Shown here piece by piece: positions 18,862 through 28,460 of a stretch of 64,000 nucleotides of DNA. The translations under genes and the position numbers were made by a program. The first letter of the stretch is position 1; each line of letters starts with the position of its first letter. The stretch is taken from the NCBI GenBank assembly GCA_006226305.1, contig SBHG01000016.1:10009-74008 (forward strand), written 5' to 3'. The notes beneath the pieces were generated by a model, which saw nothing but the letters and a program-made list of their open reading frames with translations, did not search any database and was not told the origin of the DNA. This stretch comes from Alphaproteobacteria bacterium. GTDB taxonomy: Bacteria; Pseudomonadota; Alphaproteobacteria; M2410.

Positions 18862-19335
18862 CTAATTGTCGATTTCCTCCTCATAGTCCGCCTCGCCGGG
18901 CCAGTCCGCCTGATAATCTTCCAGGTCTTCCTCGTCGATGCCCTCTTCAGAGACCACACGGCCCCGCACAGAAATTCCCGCCTTATGCACGCTCTCCGGG
19001 TCGCCAGAAACAAGCGGGTGCCAGGGAAAAAGATCCTTGCCCTCAGCCAGAAGCCGGTAGGCGCAGGTCGGCGGCATCCAGGCCAGGGCGGCGGCATTTT
19101 CAGCGGTCACCTTGATGCAGGTGGGCACCAATTTGGAGCGCTTCGCATAGTTGGTGCAGCGGCAGGTCTCCTGATCGAGCAGATGGCAGGCCACATTGGT
19201 AAAGATGATTTCGCCGGTATCCTCATCCTCCAGTTTCAGGAGGCAGCAGCGCGCACAGCCATCGCACAGGGATTCCCATTCGGCATGCGTCATCTCGGTC
19301 AGGGATTTTGACTTCCAGAAAGGCTTATTTTTCAA
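18862..19335 (-). CDS. ycgN: YcgN-family (UPF0260) cysteine-cluster protein
   Basis: 157 aa. CDGCARCC...C..C.C cysteine pattern and an acidic C-terminal tail typical of YcgN. Confidence 0.8.
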   Translation of the reverse strand: MKNKPFWKSKSLTEMTHAEWESLCDGCARCCLLKLEDEDTGEIIFTNVACHLLDQETCRCTNYAKRSKLVPTCIKVTAENAAALAWMPPTCAYRLLAEGKDLFPWHPLVSGDPESVHKAGISVRGRVVSEEGIDEEDLEDYQADWPGEADYEEEIDN

Positions 19336-19463
19336 GGGCTTGTCTTTCCTAATCCAGATTTGTATCGAACCTGGGATGTTGGCCGCAAAAATGCCAAATA
19401 GTTCGCCGAAAAGATGCCGGAAAATTGGCTTAACCCCAAGAAAAGGATAGACTGCGGCACGAC

Positions 19464-21446
19464 ATGGGGATTTTGGGTAAAATATTCTGGACCGCTGAGT
19501 TCAAGCGAAAGCTGCTGATCTACTTCGGGATCGGCAGTGCGGGCGCTGTCGCGCTCGGCGTCGGCATGTTTTTCCTGCTCTACTATATCTTCACACCCTC
19601 TTCGATTGATGATGCCCGGGTCTGGGAGCGCAACCGGGTCTATGGGCTCACCTTTCTGGATAAGAACGGGGATGTGCTTGACCGGCGTGGTGGTTATCAC
19701 GGTGAGATCCTCAGAATGGAAGATCTGCCGCCCTATCTGCCGGCTGCCTTCGTGGCAACGGAAGATCGGCGCTTTTACAGGCATCACGGCATTGATCCGC
19801 AAGGGTTGGCGCGGGCCTTTTGGGTAAATTTCCGGGCGGGGCGCACGGTTCAGGGCGGGTCGACGATTACCCAGCAGCTCGCCAAAAATCTGTTCCTGAC
19901 CAATGACCGCACTTATTCGCGCAAGCTCAAAGAACTCTTCCTGGCGATTTGGTTGGAACGCCATTTCAGCAAGGATGAAATCCTCACCCTTTACCTCAAC
20001 CGTATTTATATGGGCGCCAGCACCTACGGCATTGACGCTGCGGCCAAGTTTTACTTTGGCAAATCCGCGCGCGAAGTTTCAATTGCCGAAGCGGCCATGC
20101 TAGCGGGCCTACCCAAGGCCCCTTCCCGGCTTGCACCGACGAACAATCTGGCCAGCGCGCAAGAGCGCTCGCTCATTGTGCTTAACAATCTTGTAAAAGA
20201 GGGTGTGCTTACCCAGGGCGACGTCTATGCGGCGCGGGCCAATCCGGCGGTCCCGGTTAAACGGGAAAACACAGATGGGCAAAACTACTTCATCGATTAC
20301 ATTACAGCGGAAATGCAGAAAACCATCGGGGTGCCAGAAGCCAATCTGGTGATCCACACCACGCTCGATCCCAAATTGCAGCGCGAAGCTGAAAAGGCGG
20401 TTACCGCTCAAATGGACGCCAATGGCGAAACCATGAATGTGGGTCAGGCGGCGGCTGTGACCCTTACGCTTGACGGCTCGGTTCGCGCCATGGTGGGGGG
20501 GCGTGATTATTTCGACAGCCAATTCAATCGAGCAACCCAGGCCATGCGCCAGCCCGGCTCGGCCTTCAAGCCTTTTGTATACCTCACGGCTCTTGAAATG
20601 GGTGAAGAACCGGAAAGCGTCTGGGAAGATTCACCGGTCCAGGTTGGAAAGTGGTCTCCGACCAACTATTCAGACGGTTATGCGGGCCGTGTGACCATGC
20701 GGCAGGCCTTTGAAAAGTCCATCAATACGGTCGCGGTTAAAATTGCCCTCAAGGTGGGGATTGACAATGTGGTCGAGCGCGCCGAGCGGCTCGGCATCGC
20801 GCCGCCTATCGAAAATGTTCCCTCTATCGCCCTTGGCACGAAAGAGGTCAGTGTTCTGGAACTGACCTCGGCCTATGTGCCCTTTGCCAACAAGGGCATG
20901 TCGACGGACACCCATGCCATTGTCCGGATAGAGACGGACACCGGCGAAGTGCTTTTTGATTATAGCGCCCCTGAAACCCGCCGGCTGATCGACCCGCAAG
21001 TCGATGAAGCGATGACCCATCTTATGTATCAGGTGATCTATCGCGGCACCGGGAAAAACGCCAACCTCGGCAACCGCCCTGCCGCCGGCAAGACCGGCAC
21101 AAGCCAGGATTGGCGTGACGGCTGGTTTGTTGGCTATACCGCCGATTATGTGACCGGTGTCTGGGTCGGCAATGATGACAATAGCCCGACCAATCATGTG
21201 GTCGGCGGCGGGTTGCCGGCGCGCATGTGGCGAGAGATCATGCTCGCGGCCAACAAGGACGCAAATATTGTACAGATGGCGGGTGCCGTGCCCGCACGGG
21301 ACACGCATAACCTTGAGGAATTCAAGGAGCTGATGACATCAATGTCCCGAGACCTGCGGGACGTGGACGCCAGCGATCGCTATTTCTCCCGCAAGCGCTC
21401 GGACAAACCCAAGACGGAAAAACGTAAAGTCTTTCCCTGGGACTGA
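19464..21446 (+). CDS. Class A penicillin-binding protein (glycosyltransferase GT51 plus transpeptidase)
   Basis: 660 aa. N-terminal TM, GT51 motifs ([29 protein letters not shown]), and transpeptidase SxxK (SAFKPF), SxN, KTG (GKTGTSQD). Confidence 0.85.
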   Translation: MGILGKIFWTAEFKRKLLIYFGIGSAGAVALGVGMFFLLYYIFTPSSIDDARVWERNRVYGLTFLDKNGDVLDRRGGYHGEILRMEDLPPYLPAAFVATEDRRFYRHHGIDPQGLARAFWVNFRAGRTVQGGSTITQQLAKNLFLTNDRTYSRKLKELFLAIWLERHFSKDEILTLYLNRIYMGASTYGIDAAAKFYFGKSAREVSIAEAAMLAGLPKAPSRLAPTNNLASAQERSLIVLNNLVKEGVLTQGDVYAARANPAVPVKRENTDGQNYFIDYITAEMQKTIGVPEANLVIHTTLDPKLQREAEKAVTAQMDANGETMNVGQAAAVTLTLDGSVRAMVGGRDYFDSQFNRATQAMRQPGSAFKPFVYLTALEMGEEPESVWEDSPVQVGKWSPTNYSDGYAGRVTMRQAFEKSINTVAVKIALKVGIDNVVERAERLGIAPPIENVPSIALGTKEVSVLELTSAYVPFANKGMSTDTHAIVRIETDTGEVLFDYSAPETRRLIDPQVDEAMTHLMYQVIYRGTGKNANLGNRPAAGKTGTSQDWRDGWFVGYTADYVTGVWVGNDDNSPTNHVVGGGLPARMWREIMLAANKDANIVQMAGAVPARDTHNLEEFKELMTSMSRDLRDVDASDRYFSRKRSDKPKTEKRKVFPWD

Positions 21447-21538
21447 CCATTTTGCGTCTGGGACCTGGGTATTGAACGGCCCTTGACCTCACCTTCAACC
21501 CGCCTCATAAACTTGCCTCCCGCTTAACGAGGTTCGCC

Positions 21539-23359
21539 ATGGCGCCCCCAGTCCTGACGCTTAAAAACGTCGGCATTTTTTACGGCATCGAAACACTCTT
21601 TTCCGGCATCGACCTGGCGCTGCAAGAGAACGATCAGCTGTGCTTGGTGGGCCGCAATGGCTCGGGCAAATCGACCCTCATGAAAGTGATCGCCGGTTTG
21701 ATCGAACCGGACGAAGGTGAGCGCTTTGTCAGGCCCGGCGTGCATCTGGCCTATCTGGAACAGGAACCCGATTTTTCGGGCTTCAAAACCATCGGCGACT
21801 ATGTCGCGCAGGGTCTTGCGGCTGATGAACAAGACGCTGCTCATAAGGTGGAGGCCATTCTGGCGTCTCTGTCCCTGACGCCAACCCTTGATCCTGCCCA
21901 CCTGTCTGGCGGGGAGCTCAGGCGCTCGGCTCTCGCGCGTACCCTGATTGGTGACCCGGAAGTTCTGCTGCTTGATGAGCCAACAAACCACCTGGATCTG
22001 CCGACCATCGAGTGGCTTGAAAACTATCTGAAATCCTATCGCGGCGCCTTCATTCTGATCTCGCACGACCGAGCTTTTTTAACCCATCTAACCCGCGCCT
22101 GCCTCTGGCTCGAAGGCGAGGAACTAAAACGCCACAACAAGGGCTTTGCCGATTTCGAGCGATGGTCCGAGGCGGAATTTGACCGCGTTGAAGAAGAACG
22201 GCGCAAACTTGATGCCTTTATTAGACGCGAGGTGAGCTGGGCGCACAAAGGTACGACCGCCCGGCGCAAGAAAAATATGGGCCGTCTCAGACGACTTTAT
22301 GCCTTGCGGGACGAACGCCGCAACCAGATCCTGCGTGTCGGCAAGGCCTCGCTCGGAGTTGATGTTGGGCAAGCCTCCGGCACACTGGTTATCGAAGCAA
22401 GCCATGCGTCGGTACAGTATCCCGGAACAGATAAACCGATCATTCGGGATTTTTCGACACGGGTCATGCGCGGCGACAAAGTGGGCATTGTCGGTCCCAA
22501 TGGCTCCGGCAAGACCACGCTTTTGAACCTGCTCACCGGCAAGCTTGCGCCATCGAGCGGGATGGTGCGGCTTGGTACAAACCTCTCCATGTTGACCATC
22601 GACCAGAAGCGCGCGGATCTTGACCCGGATACTTCGCTTTGGGAGACCTTGTGCGAGGGGGGCGGTGATCAGGTGATGGTGCGCGGTGCGCCTGTTCATG
22701 TGATGACCTACCTAAAAGATTTTCTGTTTCTGGAAAGCCAGGCGCGACAGCCGGTCAAAAGCCTTTCCGGTGGCGAGCGCAATCGGCTGTTGCTCGCCAA
22801 GGCGCTCGCCAAACCTTCTAATTTCATGGTGCTGGACGAGCCCACCAACGACCTCGACATGGAAACCCTCGACCTTTTGCAGGATCTCCTCTTTGATTAT
22901 GAAGGCACGGTTCTGCTCGTGAGCCACGACAGGGACTTTCTCGACCGCGTGGTCACCTCAACGATTGTTCTGGATGGCTCCGGCGATGCTATCGAATATG
23001 CGGGCGGCTACACGGATATGCTGGCGCAGCGTCAGGGCACGCCCTTCGGCGCAAAAGAGACCGGCTCGGATGCCCGCAAAAAAGACAAAGGGGCAAAAGC
23101 GCCAAAAGACAAAAAATCACCAACCAAGCTTTCCTACAAACATGAGCATCGTGCCAAAGAACTTGCCCGCGACTTGCCGGAGCAGGAAGCACTGGTGGCC
23201 AAGTTGGAAGCCGAGCTTTCGACCGGCAATCTTTACCAGTCGGACCCGGACCTCTTTGCGCAGAAGGCAAAGTCTCTCGAAGCTGCTAGGCAGCGTCTTG
23301 GCGCGCTTGAAGATGAATGGCTGGAAATTGAAACCCTGCGCGAGGCGCTGGATCAGTAA
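21539..23359 (+). CDS. ABC-F family ATPase (two ABC domains, no TMD)
   Basis: 606 aa. Two Walker A boxes (GRNGSGKST, GPNGSGKTT), two LSGGE signatures, an inter-domain linker, and a basic C-terminal coiled-coil tail. Confidence 0.9.
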   Translation: MAPPVLTLKNVGIFYGIETLFSGIDLALQENDQLCLVGRNGSGKSTLMKVIAGLIEPDEGERFVRPGVHLAYLEQEPDFSGFKTIGDYVAQGLAADEQDAAHKVEAILASLSLTPTLDPAHLSGGELRRSALARTLIGDPEVLLLDEPTNHLDLPTIEWLENYLKSYRGAFILISHDRAFLTHLTRACLWLEGEELKRHNKGFADFERWSEAEFDRVEEERRKLDAFIRREVSWAHKGTTARRKKNMGRLRRLYALRDERRNQILRVGKASLGVDVGQASGTLVIEASHASVQYPGTDKPIIRDFSTRVMRGDKVGIVGPNGSGKTTLLNLLTGKLAPSSGMVRLGTNLSMLTIDQKRADLDPDTSLWETLCEGGGDQVMVRGAPVHVMTYLKDFLFLESQARQPVKSLSGGERNRLLLAKALAKPSNFMVLDEPTNDLDMETLDLLQDLLFDYEGTVLLVSHDRDFLDRVVTSTIVLDGSGDAIEYAGGYTDMLAQRQGTPFGAKETGSDARKKDKGAKAPKDKKSPTKLSYKHEHRAKELARDLPEQEALVAKLEAELSTGNLYQSDPDLFAQKAKSLEAARQRLGALEDEWLEIETLREALDQ

Positions 23360-24087
23360 ACCGCGACTTCCAGTGCGCGGCCCCCGACGACGCGCCAATC
23401 GGAGCCGTTCTGCTTGCAGGCGCCATTGACCCAGGCGTCTTTTTCACCGGTACCCAATGTCATGGTGTAGGTCAGCTCACGGCATAGCCTGGGCTGCTTG
23501 GGCTCACCGCCCGCCAGCAAAAGCTCGCCGCCTTCTACGCGAGAGATCAAATCCCCAAAGACATAACCGATAACTTGGTCGCCTTTGGCAACCATGACCC
23601 AATTGGACGAAGGCTCTCTCGCGATTGCCTGAACTTCATCGCCGAGCGCCAGCATCATAACCTTGGCGCCACTCAGGCCAGGTGACAGGCGCACATTGGT
23701 GTTGGACATAGTCACGAACTTACCCGCCTCCGGCGCCATGTACGGGGTTGTGTCGAGATCCACCGGGGCCTCGATTTCCTCGCCCGCGTTAAAGCCGACA
23801 AGGTAGTTGGGACCGGCGGAGACTTTGCCTGTCGCCCCGGAATAAACACTCGACCAGGAAAGGCTTGTGCTACCGGAACGGGCCTCAACGGCGCGCCAGG
23901 CAGTTTCCGAAATTTGTTTGACGTCCGCGCCCATCATGGTGGTGGCATAGCGCGAGCCGCTTTCAGCACCCGGCAGCGTGGTCTGATAGTGGCGAGCAGT
24001 ACGAGAATAACCGCTCATCTCGGCGCAGGCCGAGAGAAACAGAAATGTCAGTAAAAGACTGCTCTTAAGAGCTATTGAAACACGCAT
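23353..24087 (-). CDS. Hypothetical lipoprotein
   Basis: 244 aa. Signal peptide with a lipobox (FLSAC). No catalytic motifs recognised. Confidence 0.55.
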   Translation of the reverse strand: MRVSIALKSSLLLTFLFLSACAEMSGYSRTARHYQTTLPGAESGSRYATTMMGADVKQISETAWRAVEARSGSTSLSWSSVYSGATGKVSAGPNYLVGFNAGEEIEAPVDLDTTPYMAPEAGKFVTMSNTNVRLSPGLSGAKVMMLALGDEVQAIAREPSSNWVMVAKGDQVIGYVFGDLISRVEGGELLLAGGEPKQPRLCRELTYTMTLGTGEKDAWVNGACKQNGSDWRVVGGRALEVAVY

Positions 24088-24324
24088 GATTTACCCAACT
24101 CAATATCTATACGGGATCTGCCCCACCCGTTCAGCCGTTCCTATACCAGCGAACTGGACCTGTTTTCCACGAGAAATATGCGTGTTGGCAACGGAATCCG
24201 GCTAACCTGCGTTGAGCGGGCCGGCGGATCAGGCTAAACTTGATCTGCCAGAAGGCTCGATTTGGCACGCTAAAGGCTTGAAAATAAAGGCCTAACGAAG
24301 GCCTGGGGGAAGGCGGGGAAAACC

Positions 24325-24897
24325 ATGAAAATTCTGATCAAGTTCATCCTGGCTGTTTTGGTCGCCGCGGGGGTTGGCGCCGTTTCGGCCTATATGATGA
24401 TCGAGAAAAAATCTGCCGCCAGCGCCGTGCGAAACGGATCTTGGGCCATCAACACCAATATTGGGGCTCAGGATACTGACCCCTACGTCAAGGCCCATGT
24501 GGCGCTGCATGCGCTGCTAGCACTCAATAAATCCGAAGCCATCTATTTTGTCGCCGCCAAAGACGCGGCCGGGGAAGCGCTCCGAGGCGGCTGTACCTAC
24601 AAAGTCTCAGGCCAACCCATTGATGCGCGGTGGTGGACCATAACCGCTTATGGGGCCGATGACTTTCTCATTCCCGGCGGCGAGGGACATTTCGCCGTTT
24701 CGGTCAATGAATTGGGCACTGGAAACTTTTCCTTCCCCATCGCGCCCGCCCTGTCGGGAGACTCCACTGGCCTTGCAACCGGCGAGGCCGCTCATTTTTC
24801 ATTGCTCCTGCGCACCTATAATCCCTCGCCTTCGCTGCTGAACGACCCCGGAAGCGCCGCTCTGCCTGTTGTTACAAAGGAGAACTGCAATGGTTAA
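24325..24897 (+). CDS. DUF1214 domain protein (N-terminal TM anchor)
   Basis: 190 aa. The motif ...DARWWTITAYGADDF resembles the DUF1214 core. Confidence 0.65.
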   Translation: MKILIKFILAVLVAAGVGAVSAYMMIEKKSAASAVRNGSWAINTNIGAQDTDPYVKAHVALHALLALNKSEAIYFVAAKDAAGEALRGGCTYKVSGQPIDARWWTITAYGADDFLIPGGEGHFAVSVNELGTGNFSFPIAPALSGDSTGLATGEAAHFSLLLRTYNPSPSLLNDPGSAALPVVTKENCNG

Positions 24898-25438
24898 TCT
24901 CCTCAAAAACATTGGGCAATGGGTCCTCTTTGTTGGTGTTCTCGCCGTTGGCATGCATTTCGCCACGGTTCGCTTTTTGCCCGACTTCATCATGAGCCGT
25001 CTGCACGACAAGCTGACACGTCAAGTGCCGGTCAACACCATGCAATATCCGGCGCGTCCAGATGCGAGCGCGCGCGCCGTTGTGAAACCGAGCCCCGACC
25101 TCATCTATGCTATTTGCGCTTATGATGTAAGTGAAGGACCAGTGCGCGTCACCTCACCGGTGCCAGATTCTTATTGGTCGCTTTCAGCCTTTGCCAACAA
25201 CACGGACAATTTTCTTGCCATTAATGATGCGCAAGCGGGCGGTGACCGGGTCGACCTTATTCTCTCGCAGCCGGGAAGAAAGCCGATCAATCCGGACATG
25301 CTGCCCGTGATTGAGGCGCAGACGCCAACCGGCGTGATCCTAACCCGCACGCTGATCACCTCGGAGGAAGACTTTCCCGCGCTCAACGCGCTGCGCCAAC
25401 AAGCGACCTGTTCTCCTTATGTGGATGAGGCTCCTTGA
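24869..25438 (+). CDS. DUF1254 domain protein (N-terminal TM anchor)
   Basis: 189 aa. SPDLIYAICAYDVSEGPVRVTSPVPDSYWSLSAF resembles the DUF1254 core. Overlaps the preceding ORF by 29 nt. Confidence 0.65.
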   Translation: MLQRRTAMVNLLKNIGQWVLFVGVLAVGMHFATVRFLPDFIMSRLHDKLTRQVPVNTMQYPARPDASARAVVKPSPDLIYAICAYDVSEGPVRVTSPVPDSYWSLSAFANNTDNFLAINDAQAGGDRVDLILSQPGRKPINPDMLPVIEAQTPTGVILTRTLITSEEDFPALNALRQQATCSPYVDEAP

Positions 25439-26427
25439 TGAAAAAGCTGATTGGTTTTTTTGCGCTTACCCTTTTCGGCCTGACAGGGTGCGGCGAAAAA
25501 AACGCACCCGACCCGGAAGGATTGACAGAGATCAGTTTTGCCACCGATTGGAAAGCTCAGGCCGAACAAGGCGGTTTCTATCAGGCCCTGGCGCTTGGGC
25601 TCTATGAAAAGCATGGGCTGAAAGTTACCCTCCGCCAGGGTGGGCCGGGTGTGAATATCCCTCAGCTGATGGCGGCGGGTGCCGTTGACTTTGGCATGGG
25701 ATCCAACAGCTTTATTCCGCTCAATATGGTGGAAGCGGGTGTACCTGCCAAAGCCGTCTTGGCATCCTTTCAAAAAGATCCACAAGTTTTGATTACTCAT
25801 CCGCGCGCAGATGTCACCTCGCTGGCCGACATGAAGGGTAAACCGATCATGGTGTCGGACGCGACCATCTCCGCTTTCTGGATTTGGCTAAAAGCCAAGT
25901 ATGATTTTTCCGACGATCAGATTCGCAAATATACCTACAACCTCGCGCCTTTCCTTGCCGATGATAAGGCTATTCAGCAGGGCTATCTTTCTTCAGAGCC
26001 TTATACGATCGCCAAGGAAAGCGGCGTGACCCCGCAAGTTTTTCTGCTCGCCGATTATGGCTATCCCGGCTATGGGGCGTTTGTCATGGTTCCGGATAAG
26101 TGGATCGCGGAAAAACCGGAGGCTGTGCAAGCCTTTGTCGATGCCACCATCGAAGGCTGGCGCAGCTATCTTTATGACGACCCTTCGCCCGGCAATGCGC
26201 TCATCCTCGCAGACAACCCGGAGCTGACTGCGGATATTCTGGCGCAGGCCATCGACCAGTTGAAAACCCATGGCATTGTGGATTCCGGCGATACGGAACA
26301 GCTCGGCATCGGGGCCATGACCGATGAACGTTGGAAGGCGTTTTTTGATGTGATGTCGGACAATGGAGTTTACGATCCAGAGCTCGACTATCAAAAAGCC
26401 TATACGCTGCAGTTCCTCAAACACTGA
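25435..26427 (+). CDS. ABC transporter substrate-binding lipoprotein (NMT1/THI5-like; nitrate/sulfonate/bicarbonate family)
   Basis: 330 aa. Lipobox LTGC, and a periplasmic binding fold similar to SsuA/TauA-type binding proteins. Confidence 0.8.
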   Translation: MMKKLIGFFALTLFGLTGCGEKNAPDPEGLTEISFATDWKAQAEQGGFYQALALGLYEKHGLKVTLRQGGPGVNIPQLMAAGAVDFGMGSNSFIPLNMVEAGVPAKAVLASFQKDPQVLITHPRADVTSLADMKGKPIMVSDATISAFWIWLKAKYDFSDDQIRKYTYNLAPFLADDKAIQQGYLSSEPYTIAKESGVTPQVFLLADYGYPGYGAFVMVPDKWIAEKPEAVQAFVDATIEGWRSYLYDDPSPGNALILADNPELTADILAQAIDQLKTHGIVDSGDTEQLGIGAMTDERWKAFFDVMSDNGVYDPELDYQKAYTLQFLKH

Positions 26428-26449
26428 CCCCTTTGTTGACTTAGATCCC

Positions 26450-27205
26450 GTGACAGCCCTCCTGACGATCCATCATCTCTGCAAGACTTTCGATAACGGG
26501 ACGGCGGCACTCACCGACGTAGAGCTATCCGTTTCTGCTGGCCAGGTGACGACTTTGCTTGGGGCATCCGGTTGCGGCAAGAGCACGTTGCTCAAGATCG
26601 TTGCGGGGCTTTTGAGTAAAAGCGCGGGCCAGATCGACTGGGCCGATGTGCCCGCACGGGGCGATATCGGATTTGTTTTTCAGGAGCCAACCCTCCTGCC
26701 CTGGGCCACGGTTCGAGACAATGTGGCCCTGCCCTTTACGCTCTTCCACCACAAGTCGCCCGATGAGGCCGCCCGGGTTCAGAACATTATTGATCTGGTT
26801 GGCCTTGCCGGATTTGAAGGCGCTTACCCTCGCGAGCTATCGGGCGGCATGAAAATGCGGGTCTCACTCGCCCGGGCACTTGTCTCCAAACCCAAAGTCC
26901 TGCTTATGGATGAGCCGTTTGCAGCGCTAGATGAAATCACCCGCGCCAAACTGAATTCGGATCTCCTGCAGATCTGTGCACAGGAAAAGGTTACGGTTCT
27001 TTTTGTCACCCATTCCGTTCAAGAAGCGGTTTTTCTTTCCGACAGCATTTTTGTGATGAGGCCCCGTCCGGGCCGTGTCTATCAGCACTTCTCCCTGACT
27101 CACGCGGGCCTGCGCAATGAGGATTATCGCCTCAGTGCCGCATTTGGCGAAAAGGTACGCGAGATCTCTTTGAGCCTAAAGGCCTCTATGGAGACCACGT
27201 CATGA
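26450..27205 (+). CDS. ABC transporter ATP-binding protein (NitT/TauT family)
   Basis: Walker A GASGCGKST, LSGGMKMRVSLA signature, Walker B LLMDEPF. The start is set at GTG 26450; the track ATG at 26363 would overlap the SBP gene by 65 nt. Confidence 0.8.
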   Translation: MTALLTIHHLCKTFDNGTAALTDVELSVSAGQVTTLLGASGCGKSTLLKIVAGLLSKSAGQIDWADVPARGDIGFVFQEPTLLPWATVRDNVALPFTLFHHKSPDEAARVQNIIDLVGLAGFEGAYPRELSGGMKMRVSLARALVSKPKVLLMDEPFAALDEITRAKLNSDLLQICAQEKVTVLFVTHSVQEAVFLSDSIFVMRPRPGRVYQHFSLTHAGLRNEDYRLSAAFGEKVREISLSLKASMETTS

Positions 27206-27993
27206 CCCATGAAACGCTCCTTAAATTCCTAGCGCCGCTCCTATTAGGCCTGGCGGTTTTGGGGCTCTGGGAGGCTCTTTGTCGCTGGCAGGACGTGCCG
27301 GTTTTCGTTTTACCCAAACCCTCGGACATTTTCCTCGCACTGCTTGAAAACTTCGCCTCACTGATGTCCTCGCTCTGGGCCACTTTGCGGGTGACGCTCT
27401 TGGCCTTTTTCACGGCGCTTGTTTTGGGCGTTGCGTTGGCGGCCCTGTTCTCGCAGTCGCGACTCCTGGAGCTTATGCTTTACCCTTATGCGGTGGTGCT
27501 GCAGGTAACCCCCGTGGTCGCCATTGCGCCCTTGATCCTGATCTGGGTTGGTTTTGACCGGGTGGAACTGGCGCTTCTTATTCTGGCCACGATCGTCGCC
27601 TTTTTCCCGATCCTGTCGAGCGCGACCCTTGGCTTTCGTTCCATTGACACCAACCAGCGGGATCTGTTTCAGCTCTACCGCGCAGGCCGTTGGCAAAAGT
27701 TCCGTTACCTGCAATTTCCAAGTGCCCTGCCCTATCTCCTCAACGGCATGAAGGTCTCTGCCGGGCTGGCGCTCATCGGGGCGGTGGTGGCTGAATTTGT
27801 TGCCGGATCGGGGGCGGCCACGGGGCTGGCCTGGCGAATTGTTGAATCCGGCAACCGTTTGCAGATCCCCAAGATGTTCGCTGCTTTGTTACTTCTGTCA
27901 CTTTTGGGCATTTTTCTTTTCTTCCTGCTGACCTGGCTGGAACACCTGATTCTTCGAAAATGGCACGAAAGTGCGAGAAATTTGACTTTATAG
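27202..27993 (+). CDS. ABC transporter permease (BPD-transporter family)
   Basis: 263 aa, six TM helices. Overlaps the ATPase gene stop (ATGA). Confidence 0.85.
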   Translation: MTHETLLKFLAPLLLGLAVLGLWEALCRWQDVPVFVLPKPSDIFLALLENFASLMSSLWATLRVTLLAFFTALVLGVALAALFSQSRLLELMLYPYAVVLQVTPVVAIAPLILIWVGFDRVELALLILATIVAFFPILSSATLGFRSIDTNQRDLFQLYRAGRWQKFRYLQFPSALPYLLNGMKVSAGLALIGAVVAEFVAGSGAATGLAWRIVESGNRLQIPKMFAALLLLSLLGIFLFFLLTWLEHLILRKWHESARNLTL

Positions 27994-28041
27994 CCGTATT
28001 CTACTTTATGTTTTTGTAGATTAGATCTTTTTACATATATC

Positions 28042-28070
28042 TTGACCTAAATAGGATCGGGGCGCATATT
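28042..28070 (+). promoter_or_regulatory. Candidate sigma70-type promoter for the DUF2849-sulfite reductase operon
   Basis: TTGACC (28042-28047), 17-nt spacer, CATATT (28065-28070), in an AT-rich intergenic region 60-90 nt upstream of the ATG at 28128. Confidence 0.3.
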
Positions 28071-28127
28071 GTTACGTGAAATACGGCGGATTTCCGTCTC
28101 TCGTTTTTCATTGTCAGGAAGTGCCCG

Positions 28128-28451
28128 ATGTCCAAGCCCCACAGAAAGGCCAAAGGCCCTCAAGTCTTGACCGCCAACCGCCTCGTTGACGGCGATGTGG
28201 TCTATTGGCGTGATGAAACCACCTGGGTTGCGAACCTCTCCGAGGCCCGTGTCTTCGAAAACGAGGACGAGCTTTCCAAGGCTGAGGCTGACGCCCAAGC
28301 TCAGGTTAAGGCGGATAAGATTATCGACCCTTATGCCTTTGGCGTGGACCTAAGCAGCGGAACAGTGGCGCCCGCCTCCATGCGCGAGCTTATCCGCGCC
28401 AAAGGGCCTTCCATTCGCCTTGATCTCGGCAAGCAAGCCGAAGCCGCTTAA
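28128..28451 (+). CDS. DUF2849 domain protein
   Basis: 107 aa. ANRLVDGDVVYW...EARVF. The family is conserved immediately upstream of alphaproteobacterial sulfite reductase. Confidence 0.75.
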   Translation: MSKPHRKAKGPQVLTANRLVDGDVVYWRDETTWVANLSEARVFENEDELSKAEADAQAQVKADKIIDPYAFGVDLSSGTVAPASMRELIRAKGPSIRLDLGKQAEAA

Positions 28452-28460
28452 GGACCCCCG

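Noticed and set aside
20670-21308. 212-aa minus-strand ORF inside the PBP gene, and the 22124-22699 ORF inside the ABC-F gene
   Set aside because: Antisense to well-supported genes.
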